Shown piece by piece: positions 28,108 to 41,658 of a stretch of DNA of 64,000 bases. The stretch is taken from positions 12,710,001-12,774,000 of the forward strand of contig OZ231126.1 in NCBI GenBank assembly GCA_965153355.1, read 5' to 3'. Every line of letters starts with the position of its first letter. Positions within the stretch are counted from its first letter, which is position 1. This stretch comes from Flaccisagitta enflata (Eukaryota). A program made the translations under genes and the position numbers. The notes under the pieces are model-generated. The model saw nothing but the letters and a program-made list of their open reading frames with translations, did no database searches and was not told where the DNA came from.

Positions 28108-31100
28108 AGTGAAATTTGATAAAATTGAAAAGCGCGCGCGGAAAAATTTGTTCTCTTAAAATCCCACCACTCAAAATTGCCTCATTTGGAAGAAATAAGC
28201 TGCACTTGATCCAGACTGCTTTTACATATTGAGAAACACTTAAGTCATTGAAAAAACAGCCAAGTTACACAATCATAACGAGAATTCTTCATTTCACAAC
28301 ATTACTTTGCCCACCGGATTCATTTAAAGGAGCGCCAACGCACCTCTATAACTGGCTGTGTTCGTCTGTTGATCAGTGGGTTGGTCGTTAACGCAAAGGT
28401 TTAACCATCCACACGGCGCACCATTTGGCCTTCTGGGCCTTATTTTTCTTATTTGTCATTAGATCAGAATTTCTGAATGTTAATGTGATGCCGATTACTT
28501 AACATCTTTTCCACTGACGCCGATTATGAATATGATGCTGACACTGACGAATGTGACGATGTTAATTGGTACAAAGAACCGTGAACGATGAAGATGATGA
28601 TGACAATAGCGATGATGGTGACAATTACGAAACGTTGATGATGATAGCTCCCTGATTATGGGAGTATTTTTCAAATTTGGGCACTGCCTGTATCAATCTC
28701 AAGTACTGTTCCTAAGCCTCAATTTCATGTGTATATCATCACAAAAAATATTCGGGAAGTGTACGACCAAGGGGGGGGGTCAAAGGTCAGGGGGTCAAGT
28801 ATGATCCCCAAAAAGGGGTCAAAATTTCAAAGTGGTCAAAATTAAATTCTGATTGCAGATTTGGATTCCTCTCAAAAAAGTAGAATAAGAAAGTCGTCTT
28901 CTTTTTTTGTATTTATCATTCTAAGTGGGTCAAAATTGGGGTCAAAGGTCAAAAACAACCCGGATCTGACCTCTCGAGAGGTCAAAAATCAAAACTCGGT
29001 AAAACACAAATTCTGAGACCAGTTTTGGAATCCTCAAGAAAAATAAGACTATGATTGTTATTACTATTTTTTCTTTTTCTTAAAAAATGGCTGTATAGAT
29101 TGATGAAAACAGTCAGTATCTATTGACACATTTGAAAAATACTAAAAATGGTCGATATAACCGTAAGCTTCATGATATTTTATTGCTACATATCAAGCAA
29201 ATCAACAATAAAAAAACTGAAATGAGTACCTCACAAGTTTAATTGAGTGCATGAATCAAAGCAAAGTTATGAGTATAAGAAATATAGCAGTCTCATGAAA
29301 CAACAAAGAGAGGATGGGGGGGCCCCTCTCTTTTTAGTTGCGGACACGCAACTCTATAAGAGGCTTTTTCCGTCCGTCCGTCCGTCCGTTGGTCGGTCCG
29401 TTGGCTGGTCCGTCACGCTTGTGCTGAAAACGCGTTGAAAGTTTTTAGTCGCGGTTGGGTTGTCGGTCCGTCTGACCTTCACATTTTTGAATTCCTAGCG
29501 GTTTTTGCATTACTGCTCCTGCCTAACTGTCCGCGACTGGATTGCTGCGTATCCAGCCTTATCATTTGTTAAAGCAGAGAAAGTTTCTATGACGGGATGG
29601 TCTCTCCTTATAACGAATTATTGATGGTTTTATCAGCTCTTTTAAGACAGAATGAGGATTATCCACGGAATTTAACCCAGTGGTTCATTATAGTAAGGCT
29701 CAATTACTTGAATGAATGGGTTTGACATTGAAGACCAACACAAATTACAAAGCGGGGCATTTGTTAAAAAAACTTGCTTCGTGGGATAGCAAATAGAAGT
29801 CAAATATGACTTTTCCAACAGGGTCCCCTTAAAAACTACATTATTCAGTAAAGAATATGTCAAATATTGTAAGCAATGAGAGTACTACCTTCACCAAAAA
29901 AATCTTTACTCGTTGAAAAAAAAGTTCATTTATTGATGTGAAAGTGGATACAAATTGATTGTAAAATTTAGTATTCTCTTGATTTAACTAATGCTGCCAA
30001 CTATCGGGCACGATTTTAGAGCTGAGGTATTCTGGGGTGATGGCCCACCACACCATTCTCTCCATTTTCTTGATTCCTTTCTTTCGCTACGTTTAGACTT
30101 AAAGCTTCGAAGAGACTCATCAAATCATAGAAAAATTGGTGACATAAATGAAACCTCTCTAATTTGCAAGCATTCTACGCAAACCGTATCTGTTTATCTC
30201 CATGCGTTTTGAAGTAATTTGATTAATAGTAAATGATATCATTTGAAGACTGTGTTCAAATGGCAAAAGCGAAATTGAATTATTTCATTCAAGGTTGAAT
30301 AACTTTTGAACGAATCGCGTTAGGGAGGTGTGGTTTGTGTAGATTGCTTGCAAATTTAAAGGGCTTTAATTTGAACAGGCCTGTATAACCAGAGATATTG
30401 GTAAAAACATCAGTAAAGATCATTTTGGTTGAATAAGTTTTAGTCGATTGGAGAGGCATTGCACCTACAGACAGCGTAACTTTAAAATGGTTTATTAGTT
30501 ATGAGTAATCATGCACAAATTGACATTTATGGCTTGTCAATTCGTACATGATTACTCATAAATAATAAACCATTTTCAAGTTTTAGTCTACATTTAAATG
30601 ATTCCTTCACAGACATGAGTGTATTAGGAAGTTTATTCCATAGTTTGAATGACATAAACTCAAATCCATTTGGACTAGAAGCCAGGTCTCAAGAAAGTAT
30701 TCTGGGCCCCCTGCTCTAATTATTTATGTCAATGTTAATAATGGTGACCTGTTTTAGCTAGAGCTTAAGGTCAATGCTGTTTATTTCAAACAATGATGCA
30801 GTTTTGCACTTTTCATGATTCTTTGACCCCTTTTAGTCAGTGTTCCCGAAGGGGCCGATGACCTTATGCTTTCACACAGGAGAAATTTCTCTTCTTCCTT
30901 CTTTTCTCCTTCTCTCTTCTTCTAATTTCCCCAGACTCCAGGCCCATATCTCAGCCTCTAGCATCCCAAAACTAGCTGGGCGAGGCTCAAATCCCAGCCT
31001 GGAGGCTCAAATCCCAGCCTGTAGGCTCAAATCCCAGCCTGGAGGCTCAAATTCCAGCCTCGAGGCTCAAATCCCAGCCTTGAGGCTCAAATCCAGCCTC

Positions 31101-31795
31101 TCGAGGCTCAAATCCCAGCCTTGAGCCTTGAATCCTAGTCTCAAGGATCAAATCCCAGCCTCGAGGATCAAATCCCAGCCTCTCGAGGATCAAATCCCAG
31201 CCTCGATGATCAAATCCCAGCCTCGAGGATCAAATCCCAGCCTTGGCTGGGCTTCACCAGCCCCTCAAGCTCAAACCTAGCCTCGAGAGGTCCTAATTCC
31301 AGCCTTGAGGCTCAAATAAAAACAGCACAGGTCATCTGCCTTCAAGCCAAGGCCCCTCTAACCACCTCACACCCACATAAAGGTCAATGCTGTTTATTTC
31401 AAACAATGAGGCAGTTTTGCACTTTTCATGATTCTTTGACCACTTTTTGGATTGTCACATTTCATGTTGATTAGAAAAAATTATTATAAATAAATAAGTC
31501 CAAGTAGGTCAAGTAGGTGCGCCGTGTAGACTCTCAAACATTTGCACCACCGACCAAAAACAAGGCCGGATACACGGATACACGGCAATCCAGTCGAGGA
31601 CGGTTGGGCAGCAGCAATAATGCAAAAAACGCTTGCAATTTAAAAACATTATGGACGGTCCGACGGACCGACTGACACGGCAGTATGTGGAGTTGCGTGT
31701 CCGCGATCAGAAGAAAACAAAGGACAGGAGAAGGAAATTAGATGCTCGTGTTTTGATAAGATTCATCAGCTATGGCTAGTTATGGCCAGCTAGAA

Positions 31796-31885
<90 letters not shown>

Positions 31886-33607
31886 AGAAAGCAAAACAAA
31901 CTTATTATTGGTGGTCTCAATGACATAAGATGCCCTGTAGTTACCTTTGTCTTATCTAAGATCAAAAGCCTACATTTCAGTAAGACTGCCAACAGACCAA
32001 CCGACAGACAGACATACCAACTCTATTCACGCGACTAAAAAGAATAGTCGCAAAAGCGTTACATGGTCAGCGGTACCCAATGCCCCTATGTTAGTTTATT
32101 TTGTTATTAGATGATGAGTGGGGCAGCGGCCCCAGAGAGGCCGATGACCTATGATTGCATGCTGTACAATTGCTGGGTCTTTAATACCTAATTTTGGGTC
32201 TAAATAGCCTGATTTGAGGTCTTAGTTGCCTGATTTAAGATCTAAGATGCCTGATTTGTGGTCTGAGAGGTTTCAGAAGCTTGTTTTGGAGCTTAGAGGC
32301 CTGATCTTGGGTCTAATTCAGGTCGAGCCTGTTTGTAGGCTGGTGGGGCTGGAGTGGGTCTGATAGGCCTAGCTTGAGGTCTCAAAGATCTGATTTTGGC
32401 CTAGGCGCCAGATTTGGGATCTGAGAGAACTGAATTAGGTACTGAAATGCCTGAATTAGGGTCTGAGAGGCCTGATTTGGGTCTGGATGGCCTGGACTCA
32501 GAGGCTCCAAAGGCTTGGATAGTCTGTCAAGGCCTGATTTTAGATCTGAAAGGCCTGATTGGGGGCTCTTAGAGGCCTGGTTAGGATTCAGGCCTAATTT
32601 GAGGTCTGGAAAGCCTGACTTGGGGTCTGACAGGCCTGATTGAGGCTCTGAGAGGCCTAAATTGAGGTCTGGAAGGTCTGATTTGGGATCTGAGAGGCCT
32701 GATTGAGGTCCTGAGAGGCCTAGATTGGGGTTTGGAAGCTCTGATTTGGGATCTGATAGGCCTGATTGGGGGTCTGAAAGGCCTATTTTGAGGCCCAGGA
32801 GGTTATTTTCTAGGCTCGGGGGGGGGGGGGGGACGGACGGACGGACGGACGGACGGACGGAAACCGGAAAATTTGCCCTATGTGGAATCATAGGTCATCG
32901 GCCCTTCGGCGCCTCCGGGGCCGCTGCCAAAAAAGATGGTGACAACAAAGAAAGAAACTAGTCATCCAAGGATCGCACATGATCAGCGGTACCCAATGCC
33001 CTGCTGGGAGTGAATCAGTGATGAAGTGGAGTGAGAGCAGGGCAGCGGCCCTAAGGGCCGGCTATCCAGGAGAACACAGGGGGAATTTCCATATGTCCTG
33101 AGGGGGTATATTTCAGGCCTTGGATGACTGATTTAGGCCATTGAAGGTATATATGAAGGCTGGAAGGCATAATTAAGGCTTGGAGAGCCGATCTGAGGTT
33201 TGGAGGGCAAATTTAAGCCATGGAGGGCTGATTTTATGCTGGAGGGCTAATTGAGGGTCCGGAAGGCAGATTGAGGTCTAAAAGCCAATTTGAGGTGGGG
33301 GTCTGATCTAAAGCCTGGAAAGTTGATTTTAGGCCTGGGGGCTAAATTGAGGTTGGAGGGCACTGAGGGCTGGGAGGGCAAATTTGAGGCCACTGGGGGG
33401 GGACGGGGACGGGACGTGACGTCTGGAAATTCCCCTGTGTTCTACAGGACATCGGCCCTCTCGGGGCCATGCCCAAAAGGAGATGAAAAAAAAGACTAAG
33501 ATGGAGAAAAAGACGATGAGGTAAATGTGGGGTCACAAGGAAACAGCTAGGAGTGGGGTGGGCAGGGGTAACAAACCCTAGGCCTCTACCTCCCCAACCC
33601 TCCCACA

Positions 33608-33661
<54 letters not shown>

Positions 33662-35134
33662 AGAAAGCAAAACAAACTTATTATTGGTGGTCTCACTGAC
33701 ATAAGATGCCCTGTATTTACCTTTGTCTTATCTAAGATCAAAAGCCTACATTTCAGTAAGACTGCCAACAGACCAACTGACAGACAGACATACCAACTCT
33801 ATTCACGCGACTAAAAAGAAAAAGAAGAAGGTGACAACAAAGAAGAAACCATTTTACTGCGAGCTAAAACCGCCAAAGTTGCGTTCACATGCTCTCGTTG
33901 AGGTTCGATTCAGCGAGAAATCTGTGCAATCGGCGGCTCGATTGGTGACACTCACCCTCGTCACAAACACGCCTTGGTCGCACACTTCCACTTAATATAT
34001 CGTTCTGATATTGTGCACAGGTCTAATAGACAGGTATAGCTCCCGTTTGAGTCCACGGAGAACTTGATCCGTCCCGAAATCAGGAAGCTAATGATGACAG
34101 TAACGATCAATGACAAGGACGATAATGCTGATTAGGATACTGTCGTTTTCCCTGACAACGACAACAGCGCGCTGCAGCGATTTTTTACTAAGGGTGCGAC
34201 GATGGAGAATGGGAAAAAGGGATAGAAAGTAAAAGAAGGTGATGGTTGTTGTAAGTTTTTTTTTCTCCGATGTCTACATCATTTTCGCGGGCTCGTATTA
34301 ATTGAGGCCGACGATTAAGTGAGAACTGCCTTTTTTGCTCCTCTGCTTCACTTAACAGCTATACTTGAGATGAAACCTGCCTGTTGAGTGAGATAGAGAG
34401 ATGAAGAGAGAGATGGAGTTAGAGAGAGAAATACAGACAAAAATCAAGGCCGAGAAGAAGAAGTGAAACTACCAAATTAAACAAACTGACACAAATCGAA
34501 GCTTTTGTACTACATTTTAGTAAACTGATCACCCATTAGTTGTGTATTTCTTATATCATTTTTTTGCGAAGTATGTGAATGCCATGATATTCGGCGGATT
34601 TTGATTTCATAGCAACGAAATTCCTGAATATTGTACTGATCGATGAATGAATGAACAAATTAATGAACAAATAGATGAACAAATATGTTTATACCACCTT
34701 GAAATAAATTGAGCTACTGACCCTAGCTAGGTCGCATTTGGACAAGTTTTAACAACTCTTGAAAATAATTGATGTTTCTAAACAAATTGAGCTGGTGACT
34801 ACAGCTTGGTCGCATTTGAAACTATTTAAAATGAGCTGTTTGCTGAGCTGAGGTGAGGTAATTGCAAAAACTTTCAAAATGAAGTGAATCTTTTAATGAT
34901 AGCTTGATTCGTTTTGGAGTAACACTATGCAAAGTTCATGCTTTTGTGTCGCCTACTAAGCGGTTCCATAAGAGGGTGTTTCCCTAAGAAGGTGTGTCCG
35001 TATGAAGGTAGCGCGAATTCGGTCGAAATAACTTTTTCTGAGCCTTATTGCCCTTCCCCACCCAATCCCCTGCCCACCCAACTGCTGCAAATTTATTCGT
35101 TTTTTTTCTCGTTTTGTTCTCCAATTGTTTGCAG

Positions 35135-35216
35135 GCGAATGTTTCCCGTTTTGAAGGTGTCACTCTCTGGCCTCGACCCAAACTCCATGTATTCACTTCT
35201 ACTGGATTTTGTCCAG
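35135..35216 (+). CDS. Bra: Brachyury T-box exon
   Basis: ttgcag|(R)[27 protein letters not shown]|gtaagg; the acceptor lies at the conserved G-R|R-M-F-P intron position of T-box genes. Confidence 0.93.
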
Positions 35217-35275
35217 GTAAGGACAGAAATCCGGGGTTCACAATCACACACTATTTGACAATTCGTAAAAAAAAT

Positions 35276-35383
<108 letters not shown>

Positions 35384-36613
35384 ACAGATAGACAGTAGAA
35401 TAATAAAGGGACAAGTAGATAAACGGAATTATTTAAGCGCAAAAAAACATCTCGCTTGCGCTCGTATTCAATAATAATCATGATATGCAGAGGCGACGAG
35501 AGGGAAGGCCACCTTGAATGGAGGGCCTCTGGGGTCAAGGAGGGCCTCTAGGGTCAAAAAAAAAAAAAAAAAAAAAAAAAAGGAAAGGAGAAAATAGTTG
35601 CAAAGTGTTAGATGGTCACTTTGCCTGGTACCTGTGCCCTGCCTTAGTAGGTTGTGGCTGCTGAGGGGAGCAGGTACAGCTCAAAGGTCATATGCTTTTC
35701 ACACAGGGAATCTTTCCTTCCTTCTCTTTCCTTCCTTCTTCCTTCTCCTCCCTTCCTTCCTCTTCATCCCAGGCCTATATCTGCTCTGAAGCTCCATATC
35801 CCATTCTGAGGCCCAATCCTAATCTTGAGGTTCAAATCCCTTTGAGGCTGGAATTAGGGCCTCAAAGATAGCATTTTGGCTATAAAATGGGATTTGGGTC
35901 TTGAGGTTGGGATTTGGACCTCAAGACTGGGATTTGGGCCTCAAGGCTGGGATATGGGCTTCAAGGCTGAGATATGGGCCTGGAGGTGGGGGGGGGTACG
36001 GAGAAGGAGAAGGAGAGGAGAAGGAGGAGGAGAAAATTCCCCCGTGTGAAAGCATAGGTCATCGACCCCTTTGGGGCCGCTGCCCAAAAACAAGGCCAGA
36101 TACTTGGCTACCCTAGTCGCGTGCAGGTGGGCAGGGGCCATATTTGAGGTCACCGAAGCATTTGAGCATCCTTCCGTCCATCCGACCCCAGGCCCTCTCA
36201 GGCCTGAAAATCTAGGCCCTCTCGACCTGAAATCTACCCTCTCAGGCCTGAAGTCCGTCCTCTCAGATTTAAGGCCTGAAAGGGCAGATTTAAGGCCTGA
36301 GAGGGTAGATTTTGTGCCTGAGAGGGCAGATTTCAGGCCTGTGAGGGCCTGGAGGGGACAAACGGACGGAATGACGAATGGAATGACGAACGAAAGTCCC
36401 CTGAGATCTACAGGACTTCGTCCCCTTTGGGGCCGCTGCCCGAAAACCGCACATCGATCCCCTGGCTCGTTAGTAAGAGACAAGACCTTAACTGTTGAAA
36501 AATCCCCCTCTCCCTCAACATCATATTTAAATCACTGTAGATAAATCATTAAATCCTAAAAAGACCCTCGTTTTCATCGTATATAAATTCATATAATCAT
36601 CCCTTTTCTTTAG

Positions 36614-36814
36614 GTTGACACTCATCGATGGAAATACGTGAACGGTGATTGGGTTCCTGGGGGCAAAGCGGAACCCCCGGCCCCAAATTGCGTCTACATT
36701 CATCCAGATTCCCCGAATTTCGGGGCTCATTGGATGAAAGAACCCATCTCATTCTCCAAAGTCAAACTGACCAACAAACTCAACGGAGGAGGAACAGTCA
36801 GCAGCTCCACTCCG
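36614..36814 (+). CDS. Bra: Brachyury T-box exon (donor at 36814 or the in-frame alternative at 36796)
   Basis: ctttag|[61 protein letters not shown](VSSSTP)|gttagt; RWKYVNG.WVPGGK.EP and [13 protein letters not shown] are diagnostic of the Brachyury subfamily. Confidence 0.93.
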
Positions 36815-36934
36815 GTTAGTTTTTTTTTCATTCATTCAAATTCAAATCATTCTTCATCTCATCTCATTCATTCATTCATTCATTCATTCATTTATTCATT
36901 CATTCATTCATTCATTCATTCATTCATTCATTGA

Positions 36935-37850
36935 TTCTCCAAAATCAAACTTACAAAAAAATTCAACGGAGGAGGAACAGTCAGCAGCTCCACTCTGGTT
37001 AGTTTACTCATTCATTCACTCATTCATCCATTCATTTATATATTCATTCATTTACTTAATCAATCAGTCACTCATTCATTCATTCATTCATTCATTCATT
37101 CATTCATTCATTCATTCATTCATTCATACATTCAGTCATTGTCTAAAGTAATACAAACAAATTCAACGGAGGAGGAACAGTCAGCAGCTTCACTCTGGTT
37201 AAATCAATGATTGATTCACTCACTCATTCACTCATTTATTCATTCATTCATTCATTCATTCATTCATTTATTCATACATTTTCCTAAGTCAAAGTTACAA
37301 ACAAATTCAACGAGGAGGAACAGCAACAGCTCCACTCTGGTTAGTTTATTCATTCATTTATTCCTTTATTCATTTATTCGTCCATTCATTCACTTATTCA
37401 TCCATTCATCCATTCATCCATTCATCCATTCATTCTCCAAAGTCAAACTTACAAACAACTTCAACGGTGGAGGATCAGTTGGCAGCACCACCCTGGTTAG
37501 TTTATCAATTCATTCATTCATTCATTCATTCATTCATTCATTCATTCATTCATTCATTCATTCATTCACTCATTCATCATCTTACCTATTCATTCATTCA
37601 TTCATTCATTCATTCATTCATTCATTCACTCATTCTTTCATTAATTTATTCATTCATTCACTCATTCATTCATTCATTCATTCATTCATTCATTCATTCA
37701 TTCTTTCATTCATTCTTATCTATTCATTCATTCATCTATCTATCTATTGATTCTTTCATTCATTCATTCATACATTTATTCATTCATTCATTCATTCATT
37801 CATTTATTCATTCATTCATTGATTCATTCATTCATTCATTCATTCATTAT
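36935..37850 (+). repeat. satellite of four degenerate copies of the Brachyury exon end/donor separated by (CATT)n
   Basis: Copies at ~36935-37003, 37139-37201, 37281-37345 and 37433-37501 of TTCTCCAAAGTCAAACT.AC.AACAAA.TCAACGGAGGAGGAACAGTCAGCAGCTCCACTC.GGTTAGT. Confidence 0.9.
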
Positions 37851-38529
37851 AACCCCACTGTTATGTGACTTTTCACTGAGAATTGTTTCAGAAACAATTT
37901 TTATTAGCATGCAGTCTGTCGGGCTGACTCTCTATTTGGTCAATCGGTGCGTCCGTTCATCCATCTGTTTGTCCGTCCATTTTCAGTCGTCGATACCCGC
38001 ATACGGAACTCTTACGTTATACGTTGCCGTATTGATCGGTCCGTCTGTCTACACCTCCGGGGAAGGGGGTGTTAGTATTCGCCCCTGTTATATCGACCCT
38101 AAGATTTTGGCTTGGCCTGGTTCCGCCGTGGTACGAAATTGGTATCTAAGTGGCTTGCGCGGGATAATGTGGCGTTAAGGACTTATGACTCTCATGTGTG
38201 TGGGATTTGGGGATTGGGTGGCGTCATTTTAGTCAATCGGCTTTTCAACTTGAATAAGGAAATTGTCAGTAGAGAAAAAAAATGGCTTTCGTCATGTCAA
38301 TATTCATACGAGAAATGTATAAAAAAGCATTGTTTACATCAAATTCTATATATTTTTTCCCCAATCTTCATTTTATCTTTTGTTATGGCATTCTTTCGTG
38401 TTTCTTCTCTTCTTTTTCAACTTTTCCTTCCAAAAGTTTTTTTTTACTAAAATGAAATCAAAAGTGAAAAATAAAAAAGAAGAGGAAGATGAAGATTTAA
38501 TAAAAGTGAGAGTTGGTGAGAAAGAAAAA

Positions 38530-38626
<97 letters not shown>

Positions 38627-38751
38627 TGAGACGGTCAAGAAGAGATAGTCACAGAGATTAGACGTTCGTGAATATGAACACAATTATGCAGACATTTCTG
38701 AATTTTACCAAATGAAAAAGACGAGTGATTAAGGTTGTTTGCTTTAGAGTA

Positions 38752-39569
38752 CACTCTTTATTTTGAGTAAGGACAAAGTTTATAAGGACATTGAGGCTGA
38801 GATTTAGCCAAAAATTAAGGACATTTTAAGGACAAGGCTCAGCCTCAGATAAGACTTCAGTAAAAATCTTCTCTCAAGTGAGATTCTCAAATTCGGCCTC
38901 GGCAAAAAGAAGAACCTGCTTTATGTTGAATTGTTGATATGTGTTTTTAGTTTGAAAAGTTTATTTTACCCAACAGAGTCATAAGAACCTGCTTTATATT
39001 GAATTATTGATATGTGTTTTTAGTTTGAAAAGCAGGCCTGTATATAGTTGAGCATTCCCCCCCCCGGGGGGAGGGGGGAATAAAATCAAAGGGTTTAGAG
39101 ATGGGGAAAAAAATCAAAAGCTTGAAAAAGAAAAGAAAATTTTTGACGATTCAACACTTGGTGCAGTAGTACCAAAAGGTAAAATTTGATTACTACAATA
39201 CATTTTAACACCATTTAAACTTATATTATACTGTTTTATTGCTTTGTGGGCAGAAAATCATGATTTTAGATGCGACGCAAAGCGTCGCGGGAAGAAAATC
39301 AAAGGCAGGGGGGAAATAAAATCAAAAGCCACTCAATTATATACACCCCTGTTGAAAAGTTTATTTTCTTTTAAAACCAATTCGTCATAACTATTTTATT
39401 TTTTATATTATTTAGTTAGGTATAGTTACATTTGACAATAGTTAGATACTTGCTTTGCGAAGAAAAAATTAAGGACATTTTAAGAACATTTCAGCCTCAA
39501 ATTTTTGATAAATTAAGGACATCCTAGGCTCAAAAAAAATTTACTGGTCCTTAAAAAAAATAAAGAGTG
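38752..39569. mobile_element. Tc1/mariner-type MITE hosting a nested hAT MITE
   Basis: TA|CACTCTTTATTTT..TAAGGAC ... GTCCTTA..AAAATAAAGAGTG|TA. Confidence 0.7.
39033..39351. mobile_element. hAT-type MITE
   Basis: TIR CAGGCCTGTATATA / TATATACACCCCTG; perfect 8-bp TSD TTGAAAAG (39025-39032 and 39352-39359). Confidence 0.88.
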
Positions 39570-39924
39570 TACTGGTCATGTGTGGTTGTAAACATCAAAA
39601 GACAAAACAGAATGGACGGAACGACGTTACCGTTACAGTAAGAAGTTCCAGAAGCCAAGGTTGATATAGGAGGAAAAAGTCACAGAAACAAAAATATACA
39701 AATTACGGTAAATGAGCCTAGTATATTCACGCAACAGTGATCATCATTTATCAGCTGATTGATAGCCACTCCAAACTCATGTGTCTTCCAGTCCAATCCA
39801 CCATGTTGTTTTTCCTTGTTCCTCAATCACTATTTTGTCTCGATAGATTGTTTGGATTGCCCTGTCTGTCTGCCACTCGTAACGTCTGTCTGTTTAAGGA
39901 TCCCCTCCCCCGACCAAGAGCCTC

Positions 39925-39977
<53 letters not shown>

Positions 39978-40680
39978 TCTCATCGTCTTCTTTTACTATT
40001 TGGTGCTGTTTCTCACGGGTATTTTCATTCTCTTTCTTTGCCTCTCTTTCTCTTTCTCTCTCTCTCAATCTGACCTCTGTCAAGTTGGAGGTAAGTGAGT
40101 TTCTTGTTCTGGGTGATTCTTCTTTTTTTCTCTCTCTCTCTTGTCTCTTCCTCTTCCTCTTCCTTCCTCTTTGTTTTAATCCGTGTGTGCGCCTCTCGTT
40201 CTACTATACCTCTCGATCTATTACAGTCAAAAAACATTCTAACGAACACGCCTGTAACGAAGTGTCACAAAGTGTAAAGAGGTAAATATCAAGTCTCTTA
40301 TAAACAAGCTCAATGGGGCAACAATGCGCCTGGACTGTGTCTTTGCATGTATTGATCATGTGACATATATGGAGAGACAGATGGATGAAACGACTGAGTA
40401 GTAAAGGAGGCTCTCAAAACATGTTGGTTGATCACCGTGGCAAAAAAAAAAACAAAGAAACTTGGTTTTTGCACAGGCGTACCAGACGGACTGATGGATG
40501 GATGGACAGACAGACCGACCAATTGACTGACTAACGGACAGACCCTCTTATAGAGATGCATTCCCGAAGGACGCATCTAAAAAATATTTTCATCTCATAT
40601 ATTTTCTATGACGAAAACAAAATATTCCCTTGGAGTTTGTTAGAATGATTTTTAACTGTATATTTCTGTCTAACTCCTTG

Positions 40681-40766
<86 letters not shown>

Positions 40767-40908
40767 GGATTGTCAAGTGATTTTTTCCTTCATTAACTGG
40801 CCCTCAATGACTCAGTGGGTCCCAGTCTAGTCCTAAACACCGATCTAAAAGTAAACAAGTAACGAGGGATTACAATGTTGTTGGGGATGGGTGGGCAGCA
40901 GAAAAGGG

Positions 40909-41093
<185 letters not shown>

Positions 41094-41658
41094 ACGGACC
41101 AACGGACCAACGGACCAACGGACCAACGGACAAAGGCTCTTATAGAGTTGCGTGTCCGCAACTAAAAAGGCAGGATGATGGAGTTGTACTCGTAACAATT
41201 TCTTTCGTTGTCCCGAAAGCGGCTTCATAGGGGTGAATTTCAGTGAAATTGCTGTGTAAGCAGAGGATTGCAGTTTTAGTCGTAGTGGCTGTTTAAGCAA
41301 AAGGTTGGCAGTTTTCTGAACAAAACGTGTAGACGTACAATGTGTGCGCTGTGCAAGAACTGTCGGAAAGTTACACAGCGCCTAATAGGCGCAGAGGCGG
41401 GCGTTCTTATCGCGCCGTCGTTAGGAAAAAGGCCGCGCATCCAGGATTTATTTGCTCTAAGAAAAGGTTCTTAAATTACATTTCTTTCTCTTTCTATCTC
41501 GCGTTGGAACCGTCATCGTCCTAACTTGACTGAGTTTCAGAGAAATGTGAGCATCACGAGTTGGGAAGGAGTATGCGTTCAACCGTGGTGGGTACTGGCA
41601 GTGCTAGTGGGTGCGTAGTTAGTGAATGTGTTACGTGCGAGAATGCCGTTTGTTTTCA

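Noticed and set aside
28525..28585. LTNVTMLIGTKNR resembling the Brachyury LTNEMIVTKNGR motif
   Set aside because: Needs several indels, lacks the upstream LW..F motif and a proper donor, and lies in GAT/GAC-rich filler.
33850..34180. Complex-looking unique sequence with partial minus-strand ORFs
   Set aside because: Stops in every frame within ~60 codons and no recognisable motif.
36752..37501. CRISPR-like repeat/spacer appearance
   Set aside because: Repeats are ~65-nt degenerate exon copies and spacers are (CATT)n; no cas genes; eukaryotic context.
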